From NCBI GenBank assembly GCA_944349925.1, contig CALVNT010000037.1, positions 871-64,870 on the forward strand: 64,000 bases of DNA. The letters run 5' to 3'. This stretch comes from an uncultured Clostridia bacterium (GTDB taxonomy: Bacteria > Bacillota > Clostridia > Christensenellales > UBA1242). The translations under genes were made by a program, and so were the position numbers. Positions 17,749 to 28,192 of the stretch are shown here, piece by piece. The notes beneath the pieces are model-generated. The model ran no database searches and was not told where the DNA came from. It was given only the letters and a program-made list of their open reading frames with translations. The number at the start of each line of letters is the position of its first letter. Positions within the stretch are counted from its first letter, which is position 1.

Positions 17749-18713
17749 AAATTACCTCCCAAGAAGGCTTTCACTTGATTGTATATCCCTTCTTCGTCTT
17801 CTATTCCTTCAAATGTTTTGGTAAAAGAAATAATGTTTGTCTCTGATAATTTTACACTTGAAATAACTTGCTGAAAGGTTTGTTGCTGATAAAGGCTATA
17901 AAATTGATTCACTTTATTATAGTTTGTTACTATATTGTCATTAAAATAATAATTTAAAGCATTATCTGCGTTTAATACATACGAACTTACAAAATTGTTA
18001 AAAGCGTATACTAATGCATGGCAATTGTATTTATATGATGAGAAAGCCTGCTGAATTTTATCTTCATTACTAAGAATTTTAAACTGTTTTTGCAATACAG
18101 TTATATAATCTAAAACCGCATTCGCTGATAGTATAGATGCTAAATTTTGTTCTACGCCAAAATAACTATTTTTGAATATTTCGTTATAAGTTGACAACCC
18201 CGTTTTATAACATTCTAACATTTTTTCAAAGTTTATTCTTATCTGTATCCAAGATTGTCTTAAAAAGTCGGGTGAATCTTTCGTGTATGATTGCACTTTC
18301 TTTAGCTCATTTTTTATAGAGTCTTTATACTCTTGAAGCTGATTAAAAGATTCCGTCAAAGGTTTATAATTATCATAAAAATATTCATTTTCCTCAAAGA
18401 ATATTGAATAGTCCTCGTATTTATCAATTATAATTTCAAGACTTGATAAAACGCTCTCAACATCTTCCATTTCTTGATTATAACCTTTTACCGAACTTTG
18501 AGAAACTGTATCTTTAAAATTATTATAAAGCTCTTTGTCTTTTGAACTGCTTAACAAAAATGTGTTTTCTTCGTTTTTTAATGCTTCAATAGCACTCTTA
18601 GGATTGCCCGGCAAACACAATATTATTGTAACAACAATAATTGCAATTAAAACTAGTATTGCTATGACAATTAGCCATTTTTTGTTAAAAGCTTTTTTCT
18701 CTCCTTCTGCCAC
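17745..18713 (-). CDS. N-terminally membrane-anchored protein, function unknown
   Basis: GTG start after GGAGGG, single TM (WLIVIAILVLIAIIVVTIILCL). Co-oriented with and overlapping the next gene by 4 nt. Confidence 0.55.
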   Translation of the reverse strand: MAEGEKKAFNKKWLIVIAILVLIAIIVVTIILCLPGNPKSAIEALKNEENTFLLSSSKDKELYNNFKDTVSQSSVKGYNQEMEDVESVLSSLEIIIDKYEDYSIFFEENEYFYDNYKPLTESFNQLQEYKDSIKNELKKVQSYTKDSPDFLRQSWIQIRINFEKMLECYKTGLSTYNEIFKNSYFGVEQNLASILSANAVLDYITVLQKQFKILSNEDKIQQAFSSYKYNCHALVYAFNNFVSSYVLNADNALNYYFNDNIVTNYNKVNQFYSLYQQQTFQQVISSVKLSETNIISFTKTFEGIEDEEGIYNQVKAFLGGNL

Positions 18714-18724
18714 TTATCCCTCCT

Positions 18725-20149
18725 TTAATCATCAAAAACATCTAAATCTATATTTTCAACTGGCGTTTGTGAAATTTCGCTAGGTTCTACTTTGTTTGTC
18801 TTTGCTACAAAAACCTTATCTTTAAGATTGACAAAAGTTGTGTATTGCCCAATCCAGCGAAGTTTTACAGTTCCAGTACCACCATTTCTATGTTTTGCTA
18901 TGATAAGTTCGACTGTTCCCGGTTCATCTTCTTGTGGAACATCATTATATTTTTCAGGATTGTAGATAAATAAAACAATATCGGCATCTTGTTCTATTGC
19001 CCCGGAATCTCTTAAATCTGAAAGCAAAGGTCTATGGTCTTGTCTGCTTTCAACTCCACGAGACAACTGAGAAAGAACAATTATAGGCACATTTAACTCT
19101 TTTGCGGCAATTTTTAGTGTTCTTGATATATCGCTTATTTCTAGTTGACGGTTGTCCGCTTTTCTAGCCGAAGTCATAAGTTGTATGTAGTCTACCATGA
19201 TTAAATCTAAACCATCTTGCATTTTTAATCTTCGACATTTAGAAAGCAAATCTGCAGGAGTTGTCATTGAACTATCGTCTATGTATAACCCGCTTTGCTC
19301 AAGTTTTTTGCTGGCCGTCCAAATTCTTTTCCATTCTTCAGCGTCCATTTCACCTTTGAGTGCTTTTTCCATATTAACCTTTGCCAAAGAACAAATTGCT
19401 CTTTGCATAAGTTGTTCTTTGCTCATTTCAAGAGAAAAAACTGCACATTTTTTATTTTGCTCTGTCGCCGCTTGTGTGATTATATTCATAGCAAAAGAAG
19501 TTTTTCCAACGCCGGGACGCGCCGCAAGTAAAATTAGGTCGCTGTTTTGGAGACCATTTGTTATTTTATCAAAATCAATAAACCCAGTAGGTATACCCTT
19601 TAGTATTGTAGGATCTTTGGCAATTTCGCTAAATTTATCTATAACTTTTTTTACTGCTCCGTCGCCTCTGCCGACATGTTCAAGACTAGAACGGCCTTCT
19701 TTTTCGGCAATTTCAAATATAACTTGCTCTGCAAATTGTAAAGACTTGTCTTTATCTTGATTGTCAAAAGCATCTTCGATTATCTCTTGACCTGATCGTA
19801 TTAGTTTGCGTCTTATCGAGTCTGACTTAACTATATCACAGTAGTGTTTAAAATTTGCAGCTGAAGGGACCGTGTTGGTTAAATCCATTATATAGTCAAT
19901 TCCGCCAACTTTTTCAAGTTTCCCTTCTTTTTCCAACTCATCAGTTAGCGTTACAAAATCAACAGGGATCGACTTGGCATAAACCTTGCTCATAGCTTTA
20001 TAGATTTCACTATGTGCTTCAGAATAAAAATCACTATCTTTCATTTGAGCCAAAATATCAATTTGAGATTGATTGTCTATAAGAATGCAACCTAAAACAG
20101 CCTGTTCTGCCTCTAAGTTGTGTGGTTGGATTTTATAATCTTTTGCCAT
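18725..20149 (-). CDS. dnaB: replicative DNA helicase DnaB
   Basis: PHNLEAEQAVLG, Walker A ARPGVGKTSF, and the IIVLSQLSR / RDSGAIEQDAD motifs. Start set at ATG (MAKDYK) after GGGGAGGA. Confidence 0.9.
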   Translation of the reverse strand: MAKDYKIQPHNLEAEQAVLGCILIDNQSQIDILAQMKDSDFYSEAHSEIYKAMSKVYAKSIPVDFVTLTDELEKEGKLEKVGGIDYIMDLTNTVPSAANFKHYCDIVKSDSIRRKLIRSGQEIIEDAFDNQDKDKSLQFAEQVIFEIAEKEGRSSLEHVGRGDGAVKKVIDKFSEIAKDPTILKGIPTGFIDFDKITNGLQNSDLILLAARPGVGKTSFAMNIITQAATEQNKKCAVFSLEMSKEQLMQRAICSLAKVNMEKALKGEMDAEEWKRIWTASKKLEQSGLYIDDSSMTTPADLLSKCRRLKMQDGLDLIMVDYIQLMTSARKADNRQLEISDISRTLKIAAKELNVPIIVLSQLSRGVESRQDHRPLLSDLRDSGAIEQDADIVLFIYNPEKYNDVPQEDEPGTVELIIAKHRNGGTGTVKLRWIGQYTTFVNLKDKVFVAKTNKVEPSEISQTPVENIDLDVFDD

Positions 20150-20187
20150 GTCGAAGTCCTCCCCATTTGACAAAAATATTTAAAATA

Positions 20188-20451
20188 TTATTTTTTAGTA
20201 AAAGGATCCTTATATTTTTCCTTTTCTTGTTTAATCTTTTTCTTTTTATCTATTTTATCACAAATAATATAAAAACACAAATACACGATTGAAGTAAAAA
20301 CAATAATAATAAATCCAGAAAGCACGGGACTAAGATTTGCATAATTTATAAGAGTAAAAACGATTAAAGCATCAATTAGAAAAATCGATACTAAAAACCA
20401 CATAAGCCTTTTATAATTTTTTCTTAAATCTCTGCTATCTTCTGGTCTCAT
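20188..20451 (-). CDS. small membrane protein (87 aa)
   Basis: Two hydrophobic helices and a Lys-rich tail. The last base of its start codon coincides with the last base of the typA stop codon (1-nt overlap at 20451). Confidence 0.5.
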   Translation of the reverse strand: MRPEDSRDLRKNYKRLMWFLVSIFLIDALIVFTLINYANLSPVLSGFIIIVFTSIVYLCFYIICDKIDKKKKIKQEKEKYKDPFTKK

Positions 20452-22283
20452 TAAATTTCTCCTCGCAAAATTTTTCCTTTTTCTCTTAATCTCATATTGT
20501 GGTCAAGTATAATTTTTCTAATTCGCATACTCTTAGGTGTAACTTCCAAAATTTCATCATCAGCAAGAAATTCAATTGCATCTTCTAGAGACATCTTCCT
20601 TGGAGGAGTAAGCCTTAAGGCATCATCTGATCCAGAAGCTCGGCAATTTGATAAATGTTTTTTCTTGCAAACATTGACTACAATATCATCTCCTTTAGGA
20701 TTTTGCCCAACAACCATGCCAGCATATACAGGGACTCCCGGCCCAATAAATAAATCTCCTCTCTCTTGAGCATTGAAAAGACCATAAACAATGGCTTCTC
20801 CTGTTTCATGGGCAATTAAAGAGCCATATTCTCTTCTTTTAATATCCCCCTTCCAAGGTTGATATTCATAAAAAATCGAATTGATAATTCCTTCTCCTCG
20901 AGTATCCGTAAGCAACTCACTTTTAAATCCAAACAGACCTCTAGAAGGTATAGTGAATTCCATTTTCATTCTTTTGCCATGAGGAGTCATGCCGACAAGT
21001 TCTCCTTTACGCACACCCATTTTTTGCATGACTACGCCTGTGCAATCTTCAGGAACATCTAGGAAAAGTCTGTCAACAGGTTCGCATTTTACTCCATTTA
21101 TTGTTTTAATGAGTACTTTAGGCATTGAAACTTGAAATTCATAACCATCTCGTCTCATATTTTCGATTAAAATAGAAAGGTGCATCTCGCCTCTACCACA
21201 GACTTTAAATCTTTCTGCCGTTTCTCCATCGCTAACTCGCAAAGACAAATCTTTAACCGCTTCTTTATAAAGCCTGTCTCTTAGATGTCTTGAAGTTACA
21301 AATTTTCCTTCTTTACCTGCAAAAGGACTATCATTGACCATAAATGTCATTTCTACACTTGGCTCGGCAATTTTGACAAATTCTATTGGCTCAATTTTGT
21401 TTGCATCGCAAATGGTATCACCAATTTGCACATCTTCTAAGCCTGCTACACAAGCGATGTCGCCTAACTCAACTTTTTGTACAGGCACCTTTTTTAATCC
21501 TTCAAAAACAAATAAACTTACCACTTTTGATCTTACATTTTTTTTGTCGTCGTGATAGTTGCATAAAACAACATTTTGCCCTACCGCTAACTCTCCTCGG
21601 CTTAATTTGCCTACTGCAAGCTTACCTACATATTCATTGTGCTCTGCCGAAGAAATAAGCATTTGAGTAGGAGCAGTTTCGTCACCTTCTGGAGCAGGTA
21701 TATGTTTTAAAATTGTGTTAAAAAGAGCGCTCATATCACTTCCTGTTTGATCTGGATCAAGTGATGAGACACCGTTTCTGGCAGAAGCAAAAACAAATGG
21801 AGAATCAAGTTGCTCTTCGCTGGCATCTAGGTCAATCAAAAGCTCTAGAACTTCGTCAACGACTTCTTTTATTCTGGCATCAGGTCTATCACATTTGTTT
21901 ACTACAACCACAACTTTAAGTTTTAAGGCAAGAGCCCTTTCAAGTACAAATCTTGTTTGTGGCATTGGCCCTTCATATGCATCAACAACAAGCAATACAC
22001 CATCTACCATTTTTAAAACCCTTTCTACTTCTCCACCAAAATCAGCATGTCCGGGGGTGTCAATAATATTGATTTTTACTCCGTTATAAACGCAGGAGCA
22101 ATTTTTTGACAAAATAGTAATTCCTCTTTCTCTCTCTAAATCATTTGAGTCCATAACTCTGTCTTCAACAGCCTGATTTTCTCTAAAAACCATTCCTTGT
22201 TTAAGAAGAGCATCGACCAAAGATGTTTTACCATGGTCAACATGGGCAATAATAGCTATATTTCTAATTTTTTCGTTTTTCAT
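20451..22283 (-). CDS. typA: translational GTPase TypA/BipA
   Basis: AHVDHGKT, DTPGHADFGGEVER and NKCDR motifs; 610 aa. Confidence 0.92.
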   Translation of the reverse strand: MKNEKIRNIAIIAHVDHGKTSLVDALLKQGMVFRENQAVEDRVMDSNDLERERGITILSKNCSCVYNGVKINIIDTPGHADFGGEVERVLKMVDGVLLVVDAYEGPMPQTRFVLERALALKLKVVVVVNKCDRPDARIKEVVDEVLELLIDLDASEEQLDSPFVFASARNGVSSLDPDQTGSDMSALFNTILKHIPAPEGDETAPTQMLISSAEHNEYVGKLAVGKLSRGELAVGQNVVLCNYHDDKKNVRSKVVSLFVFEGLKKVPVQKVELGDIACVAGLEDVQIGDTICDANKIEPIEFVKIAEPSVEMTFMVNDSPFAGKEGKFVTSRHLRDRLYKEAVKDLSLRVSDGETAERFKVCGRGEMHLSILIENMRRDGYEFQVSMPKVLIKTINGVKCEPVDRLFLDVPEDCTGVVMQKMGVRKGELVGMTPHGKRMKMEFTIPSRGLFGFKSELLTDTRGEGIINSIFYEYQPWKGDIKRREYGSLIAHETGEAIVYGLFNAQERGDLFIGPGVPVYAGMVVGQNPKGDDIVVNVCKKKHLSNCRASGSDDALRLTPPRKMSLEDAIEFLADDEILEVTPKSMRIRKIILDHNMRLREKGKILRGEI

Positions 22284-22442
22284 AATCTCATTCCTTTTTA
22301 TCCATTAAATTTTATCATAATTGTATTGAAAAAACAAGTGTAAATAAAAATTATTTATCTAATTATTTAAACAAAATCAATTATTTTTATAATTTAAAAC
22401 AACTATTATTTACAGCTAAATCAAAAATTTTATTTGAAATCT

Positions 22443-22478
22443 AAAAACAAGAAAAAACTTTCTTGATAGAAAGTTTTT
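22443..22478 (-). terminator. terminator of the 747-aa gene
   Basis: AAAAACTTTC-6 nt-GAAAGTTTTT hairpin. Confidence 0.6.
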
Positions 22479-22487
22479 CCTAAGTTT

Positions 22488-24731
22488 TTATTTTTTATTA
22501 TTTAACATTGAAATTTCTTTTATAAGTTCTTCAAGTCTTTTGTTTATGTTTGCAAGTTCGCTTTCAGACTTGTTAGTTTGTTTGGCATTTACAGCCTTTT
22601 CTTTAAGATCTTCGACAGTCTTCATAATTTGATCTTTTTCTTGATCAATCGATTGCGTCTCTTCGTTTTGCATAACGTCGTCTAATTCTGAATTTATAAA
22701 AGCTTTCATTTTGCTAAGTTTTTCTTCTTCCTCAGAAATCAGCCTGCTTATTTGTGAAAGAGTTGGTGATTTTACAATAGTTTTTATTGTTTTGCTAGAA
22801 GGCTTTCTGCCTGCCGTTTTTTTGTAAGGACTTCTTTTTTTCTTATCGCTTTCAGTTTTTTCCTTTTTGGCAACAGGCTTTGATTGAGCGTCTTTTCTAG
22901 GACGGCCTCTTTTTTTCTTCTCTTTTGGCTCTTCCACCTCTTGAGGTTGTTTTCTTGGGCGCCCTCTTTTTTTCTTTGGCGATTCTTCTAATTTTCCAGC
23001 TTCGCCATTTTCCAACTTAGTTTCTTCAGATGTTTTTTCTTCGTCCGATTCCATTGCAGAACTTTCTGCCTCGTTTTGCACAGCAATATTCTCTTTCTCG
23101 TCGTCTTCGGCTTGTCCATCATTGTTATCATTTTGAGCCGGCGTTTCATCTTTTGAAGTTTCGGCTGTAGAAATCAAATTTCCATCTATGTCATAAACAT
23201 TGCCATCTTTGTCATGATACAACCCGTTGGTATCATGATAAGAACCGTCTTCATAAATGTAATTTCCTTCTTCGTCATATTCGCCTTGCATATTTTGCGA
23301 TTCTTGGCTTTGTGCAGTCTCTTGAGCCATATGACTTTCTAATTCCGCTCTAAGCGTTTCATTTTCATCTAAAAGTCTCTTAATTTGAGTTTGAACGATG
23401 GTAAGTTGTTTATCGCTTTCCATTGTTTTTTCTCTTAGCAGTGCGATTTCGTCTTTAACTTTTTGTTGAGCTTTGTCTGAAGAAGTTTTATAAACCTTTT
23501 CGTAAAAAGTTTGATATTCCGCCATCATTGCTTTTTCAACATTATCTTTTGCCTCTTCTAATTGCTCTCTCAATTCCTCTGCTTCTTTTTTGAGTTCATC
23601 GCTAGAAATTGCATATCTAGTTTCTTCTTGGTCATATTCTGTTTGCAGTTGTTCTTGTTTAGACCTTTCTTGATCTTGTTGTTTTCTTAAAAAGCTAACT
23701 TCCATTCTGCTAGTTGTCGCTTCTTGTTGTTGTAGTAATTTGGCAATGTTTTCTTTTGTTGCTTGAATTTTCTTTTGAAGATCTTTTTGAGTGTTTTCAA
23801 AATTTCTTTTTAAAGCTTCTTTTTGCATATCAATATCTGCAATCTTTGTTAATATTGTTTGCTTTTTATTTAAATAAGCTTCACTTTCTTTCATTGCTCT
23901 TTCAAGCACTAAAGACCCATCAATACCCGCTTGCTCAAAATCATATTCAACATATTCGATTTCATTTTGTTTAGCATTTTCAAATTCTTCTTTTGCTTTT
24001 CTAGCTCTAGCTTCGTAAAATTCTCTAAGTTGAGGGTTTCCTCTAGAAATTTCTTTTTCAGTAAATAACAAATCATAATCTATGTAAACAGGAAGGTCAA
24101 CACAAGCATTTGTGATAAATCTTGCAAAAATGTGATAATTATGGTAAAGCTCGTCAAGATTTAAAATTCTTTTTGCTTTTAAGATTAAAATAGTTACAAC
24201 ACCTATCAGCAAAACAAAAATTGGTATAACAAGTGCCACTGCTAGCAAATTTAAAGAAAATACTGCTTGCCCTGCTTGCGAAGCAAAACCAAATAATAAG
24301 CAAATAACAGCCCATACTGTAGTTATCAAAGTTAAATTTTTTACATTCCCTTCCCAACTGCTAGTTTTCAAAGGTTTGTCAATCAAATTTTCTTCTGACA
24401 GGTAACTAGTCGGTTCATGTTCTCTAAACAAAACATATTGTTGCCAAAAATAAACAAATCTTCTTGGACCTTTTTTAACGAGATTATTAAAGTCTTTAAT
24501 ATTGTCTTTGTCTAGTTTTTTGTTAATAAAAAGCCAATTATTGTATTTATCTAGACATCTTTTCATTCTAGCTTCATAGGAAAAGAATGACCTTATAAGG
24601 AACATTAAAATAAAAAATATTTCAATGCCTATGGCAATGCCCAAATAACCCCCAAATCCAATAGCGCTTGTCAGTTGTGTAAAAAAAGAAATAAGTGCAT
24701 TGTCGACATCTGCTAACATAGAATAAAACAT
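22488..24731 (-). CDS. membrane-anchored coiled-coil protein with two AT-hook motifs
   Basis: About 4 N-terminal TM segments, a long E/K/Q-rich coiled coil, an acidic low-complexity stretch, then KKKRGRPRKQPQ and KKKRGRPRKDAQ. Confidence 0.6.
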   Translation of the reverse strand: MFYSMLADVDNALISFFTQLTSAIGFGGYLGIAIGIEIFFILMFLIRSFFSYEARMKRCLDKYNNWLFINKKLDKDNIKDFNNLVKKGPRRFVYFWQQYVLFREHEPTSYLSEENLIDKPLKTSSWEGNVKNLTLITTVWAVICLLFGFASQAGQAVFSLNLLAVALVIPIFVLLIGVVTILILKAKRILNLDELYHNYHIFARFITNACVDLPVYIDYDLLFTEKEISRGNPQLREFYEARARKAKEEFENAKQNEIEYVEYDFEQAGIDGSLVLERAMKESEAYLNKKQTILTKIADIDMQKEALKRNFENTQKDLQKKIQATKENIAKLLQQQEATTSRMEVSFLRKQQDQERSKQEQLQTEYDQEETRYAISSDELKKEAEELREQLEEAKDNVEKAMMAEYQTFYEKVYKTSSDKAQQKVKDEIALLREKTMESDKQLTIVQTQIKRLLDENETLRAELESHMAQETAQSQESQNMQGEYDEEGNYIYEDGSYHDTNGLYHDKDGNVYDIDGNLISTAETSKDETPAQNDNNDGQAEDDEKENIAVQNEAESSAMESDEEKTSEETKLENGEAGKLEESPKKKRGRPRKQPQEVEEPKEKKKRGRPRKDAQSKPVAKKEKTESDKKKRSPYKKTAGRKPSSKTIKTIVKSPTLSQISRLISEEEEKLSKMKAFINSELDDVMQNEETQSIDQEKDQIMKTVEDLKEKAVNAKQTNKSESELANINKRLEELIKEISMLNNKK

Positions 24732-24907
24732 ATCGCTCTCCTTTTTTTCTAGCCTTAGTATAACACATTAAAAAATATTTACAAACAAATTCGTCAAAAT
24801 TATTTAAAATAATTTAAAAAAATATTTTTATAACGCTTATTTGTCTTTAAAATAAAGGCAGAAAAATAATTTAGAAAAATAAAAAAGTTGGCAAAAAATC
24901 TAACTTT

Positions 24908-27900
24908 TTAAAAATTTATAACCTTTGAGAATTTCAATGATAATAAATATTTATTTATTTTTTTGCTAGGATAGGCTTTGGATAATGCTTTTGAATATAA
25001 TTCAATTTGTTTTTTATATCTTTGCCTCATTTGCTCTTCTGACCTTGTGTTTGTAAATTTATAATCTATTAAAATGATTTCTTTATCTAAAACAGCAAAC
25101 AAATCAATGGCGCCTTGAACAATGATATTTACATCTTGATATTTTTCGTCTATATCTTTTAAAGAGATTTGCATTACGAATTCTTTTTCCTTAAAAATTT
25201 TTCCACCACGACATAATGTTTTTACTTTAGAGATGTTACTTAATAACAAATTTTTGTCTTCTTCTGATATTTCTACTAGTTCATCTTTGTGGTTTTCAAT
25301 CTCGGCGCATAAACTTTCTTTGTCGCAAATTTTATCAAAATCTAAAAGCTTCATTGCAAGGTGTAGCAAATTGCCCCTTTCAATGCTTTCTGTTCTATCT
25401 GCCCCGTTTGTTTCTCCATAAGCAAAACTTTTTGCATTTTCGTTTATTGAAGTAACTGAATTTTTCAATTCAAAATTGTTAAAATTGTATTTTAAAGCAA
25501 TTTTTTCCTTTATATCTTCTAAATCTATCACTTCTTCTTTCAAAACTTTTTTTGTCGAAAGCGATTCCTTTTTATCGTTTGCAAAAATCTCGATGTCAAA
25601 GTTTTTATCTTGATATTCGCCTTCAGTTTGCAATTCGTATGCAATTTTTTCGCCTAGTGCAGTAAAGACCAAATCAAAATAGCTGTTACAATCTTCCAAA
25701 TTTTTCTTTGTTTCGATTTCTTTGAAAGTTCCGCAAAGCACAAGATGGTTTTTTGCTCTAGTTAAAGCAACATAAAAAATCATGATTTCATCGATCCAGT
25801 GGCGTTTCTTATTTTCTTTTCGTATAGCATGCAAAATAGGGGTTGGGCTTTTAGTTAGCATAATGTTATCGTACACATTTGTTCCTAATCCAAATCTTTT
25901 TGAAATTGCGAAAGAATTTGTGTCTGTTTTTTCAAAATTGTCTCCACACCCAGCTAAAATAACTATTGGATACTCTAATCCTTTTGTAGCATGTATAGTT
26001 GTCAAAAGCACTGAATTATCTGATTGAGAAATAAAATTGTTTTGAATAGACGAATTCTCGACCGACTCAATAATTAAAGGTACATTAAAATCTGCGTTTA
26101 TTGATTTTATAAGTTTGTATAGCGCTTCTACTGATAGCTCTTCATCTTTTTCTTCAATGTCAGAAGGCAAATTTTCGAAAAAATTGCTTTTGTTGATTTT
26201 TTCTTTTAAAGACTTAACGACCCCCTTAAACTGACAATTAAATTTAAAATCTTCTAAAAATTGATAAAACCAGCAAACTTTTTGATTTTGATTTTTTAAA
26301 CTTTCTATTTTTTCTTCAAAAGTTTCCCCCTCTGCCAATGATATATTCGCTAGCTCATCTAAATTAAATTTGCAAAATGGTGAATGCAATACAGTTGCAA
26401 GTGCAATATCATCATTTGTAGACAAAGTTAATTTTAAAAGAGAAATAATTATTTTTATACTTGTACAATCGATTAAATTATTTTTAGAATCAGTAACAAC
26501 ATCAATATTTTTTTCTAGCAACAGCTTATAGCACTGCTTCATAGTTTTGCTTCGACCTCGAAACAAAACCGCTATATCTTGTGGTAAAACCTTTCTAAAA
26601 GATTTAGTTGAAACATCAAACAAGTTGCTATTTAAAAATTTTTCAATCTGATTAGCAATTAAACTACTTTCCGCTTGATTTGCATCATTTAAAGATAGCA
26701 AGTCTTGTTTTACACTGTAAATTTTTGGAAATTTTGCTTTTTCCTTTTCGCTTTCCCTGCACAAGCATATTTTAACAGGTTTGTCGCCGTCAAAAGCAAA
26801 ATCTTGTTCACCTTTTAGCATAGAAGTTGAAAAATAATCAACACCTGTTGAGTTTTTTGTCATTATTTTTTCAAAAATAGTATTAACAAAATCTAAAATG
26901 TTTTTATCACTTCTAAAATTAGATTTTAAAAATAATGCTTCACTTTCATTGTCTTTTGAAAATGCTTCAATATCTTTTTGCATTATTTCCATGCTCGCGT
27001 TTCTAAAACCATAGATGCCTTGTTTTATATCACCAACCGCAACAAACATTCCTTTTTCTGCAATAGGTTTTATGATTGATTCTTGCAATTTGTTTGTATC
27101 TTGATATTCGTCAATAAAAACATAATCATAACTTTCTTGCAATTCTTCTAAAATTTCTTTATCAGCAAGCATCTTTTGAGCAATTTTTTCGGCATCAGCA
27201 AAATCAATAAAATCTCTGTTTTTTTTCATAGAGTGATAATTTTTAGCAAACAAGTCTACTAATAACAAAATTGCTTTATTTAAAACACCCATTCGTTGTT
27301 TTTTTAGCGAAAGTTGCGAAAAATCATATTGTTTACACAAATTTATAATTTTTTTTAATTTTGCGCTTGCATTTTTTAAAACCTGTTTGTTTTCTTCGTC
27401 AATTTTTTTTGAGGTCATTCTAGGCAAACTAAAACTAGCAATGTTTTTTGCATTCTCAATATAATCTTCGCCAAGTGGAGTTTTTAACAAATCTAACAGC
27501 TGGTTGTAATAAGATATCAGCTCCGCCTCTTGACTGTTAAATTGTGTAGCATATTGAAAAATCTCGTTAAAATCTTGACGGAGAAAATCGTTAAGATATT
27601 TACAAGAATCGTCAAAAAGTTTTTCGTTGTTGTTTAAAAAATAATCAAACAAATATTGCTCATCTTCCTGACTGTCAAAAAAATTTTTTATTTGGTTAAC
27701 ACAATCAAAAATCATGCCTTTATTTTTTTTGAAAGCAAAAAAAACTTCGCCAAACTCATTTGTATAATTTTCGGAAAACTCCTCAAACGCTCTCTCAAAA
27801 GCTTTCTCTTTTAAATTTTGACTTTGTTTTTCGTCTATAATTGAAAAATTTTCATCAAGTGAAGTTTTTGAAATATTTTGTTTTATTATTTTTTCACAAA

Positions 27901-28192
27901 ACGCGTCAATAGTTTTGATATCACTTGTAGGAATTTCATCAATTTGCTCAAACAAAAAATCCGAGCTTTTTTCTTTTAAAAATGATTTTAAAAGCCTTTC
28001 TTTAATTTCATTAGCGGCAGCTTTAGTAAATGTTAAAACTAAAAATCTTTTTAATGGTACTTTTTTCGAAATTATTAGATCGGTTATATATTTTATCAAT
28101 ATAAAGGTTTTCCCGCTACCGGCTGAGGCAGAAATTATAAGGTTTTGTTTGTTAAATTCAAGAACTTTTTGCTGTTCACTTGTCAGTCCCAT
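24908..28192 (-). CDS. addA: ATP-dependent helicase/nuclease subunit A (AddA/RexA)
   Basis: UvrD-type Walker A ASAGSGKT, FIDEYQDTN, and a C-terminal PD-(D/E)xK-like IILIDYKF. Confidence 0.85.
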   Translation of the reverse strand: MGLTSEQQKVLEFNKQNLIISASAGSGKTFILIKYITDLIISKKVPLKRFLVLTFTKAAANEIKERLLKSFLKEKSSDFLFEQIDEIPTSDIKTIDAFCEKIIKQNISKTSLDENFSIIDEKQSQNLKEKAFERAFEEFSENYTNEFGEVFFAFKKNKGMIFDCVNQIKNFFDSQEDEQYLFDYFLNNNEKLFDDSCKYLNDFLRQDFNEIFQYATQFNSQEAELISYYNQLLDLLKTPLGEDYIENAKNIASFSLPRMTSKKIDEENKQVLKNASAKLKKIINLCKQYDFSQLSLKKQRMGVLNKAILLLVDLFAKNYHSMKKNRDFIDFADAEKIAQKMLADKEILEELQESYDYVFIDEYQDTNKLQESIIKPIAEKGMFVAVGDIKQGIYGFRNASMEIMQKDIEAFSKDNESEALFLKSNFRSDKNILDFVNTIFEKIMTKNSTGVDYFSTSMLKGEQDFAFDGDKPVKICLCRESEKEKAKFPKIYSVKQDLLSLNDANQAESSLIANQIEKFLNSNLFDVSTKSFRKVLPQDIAVLFRGRSKTMKQCYKLLLEKNIDVVTDSKNNLIDCTSIKIIISLLKLTLSTNDDIALATVLHSPFCKFNLDELANISLAEGETFEEKIESLKNQNQKVCWFYQFLEDFKFNCQFKGVVKSLKEKINKSNFFENLPSDIEEKDEELSVEALYKLIKSINADFNVPLIIESVENSSIQNNFISQSDNSVLLTTIHATKGLEYPIVILAGCGDNFEKTDTNSFAISKRFGLGTNVYDNIMLTKSPTPILHAIRKENKKRHWIDEIMIFYVALTRAKNHLVLCGTFKEIETKKNLEDCNSYFDLVFTALGEKIAYELQTEGEYQDKNFDIEIFANDKKESLSTKKVLKEEVIDLEDIKEKIALKYNFNNFELKNSVTSINENAKSFAYGETNGADRTESIERGNLLHLAMKLLDFDKICDKESLCAEIENHKDELVEISEEDKNLLLSNISKVKTLCRGGKIFKEKEFVMQISLKDIDEKYQDVNIIVQGAIDLFAVLDKEIILIDYKFTNTRSEEQMRQRYKKQIELYSKALSKAYPSKKINKYLLSLKFSKVINF

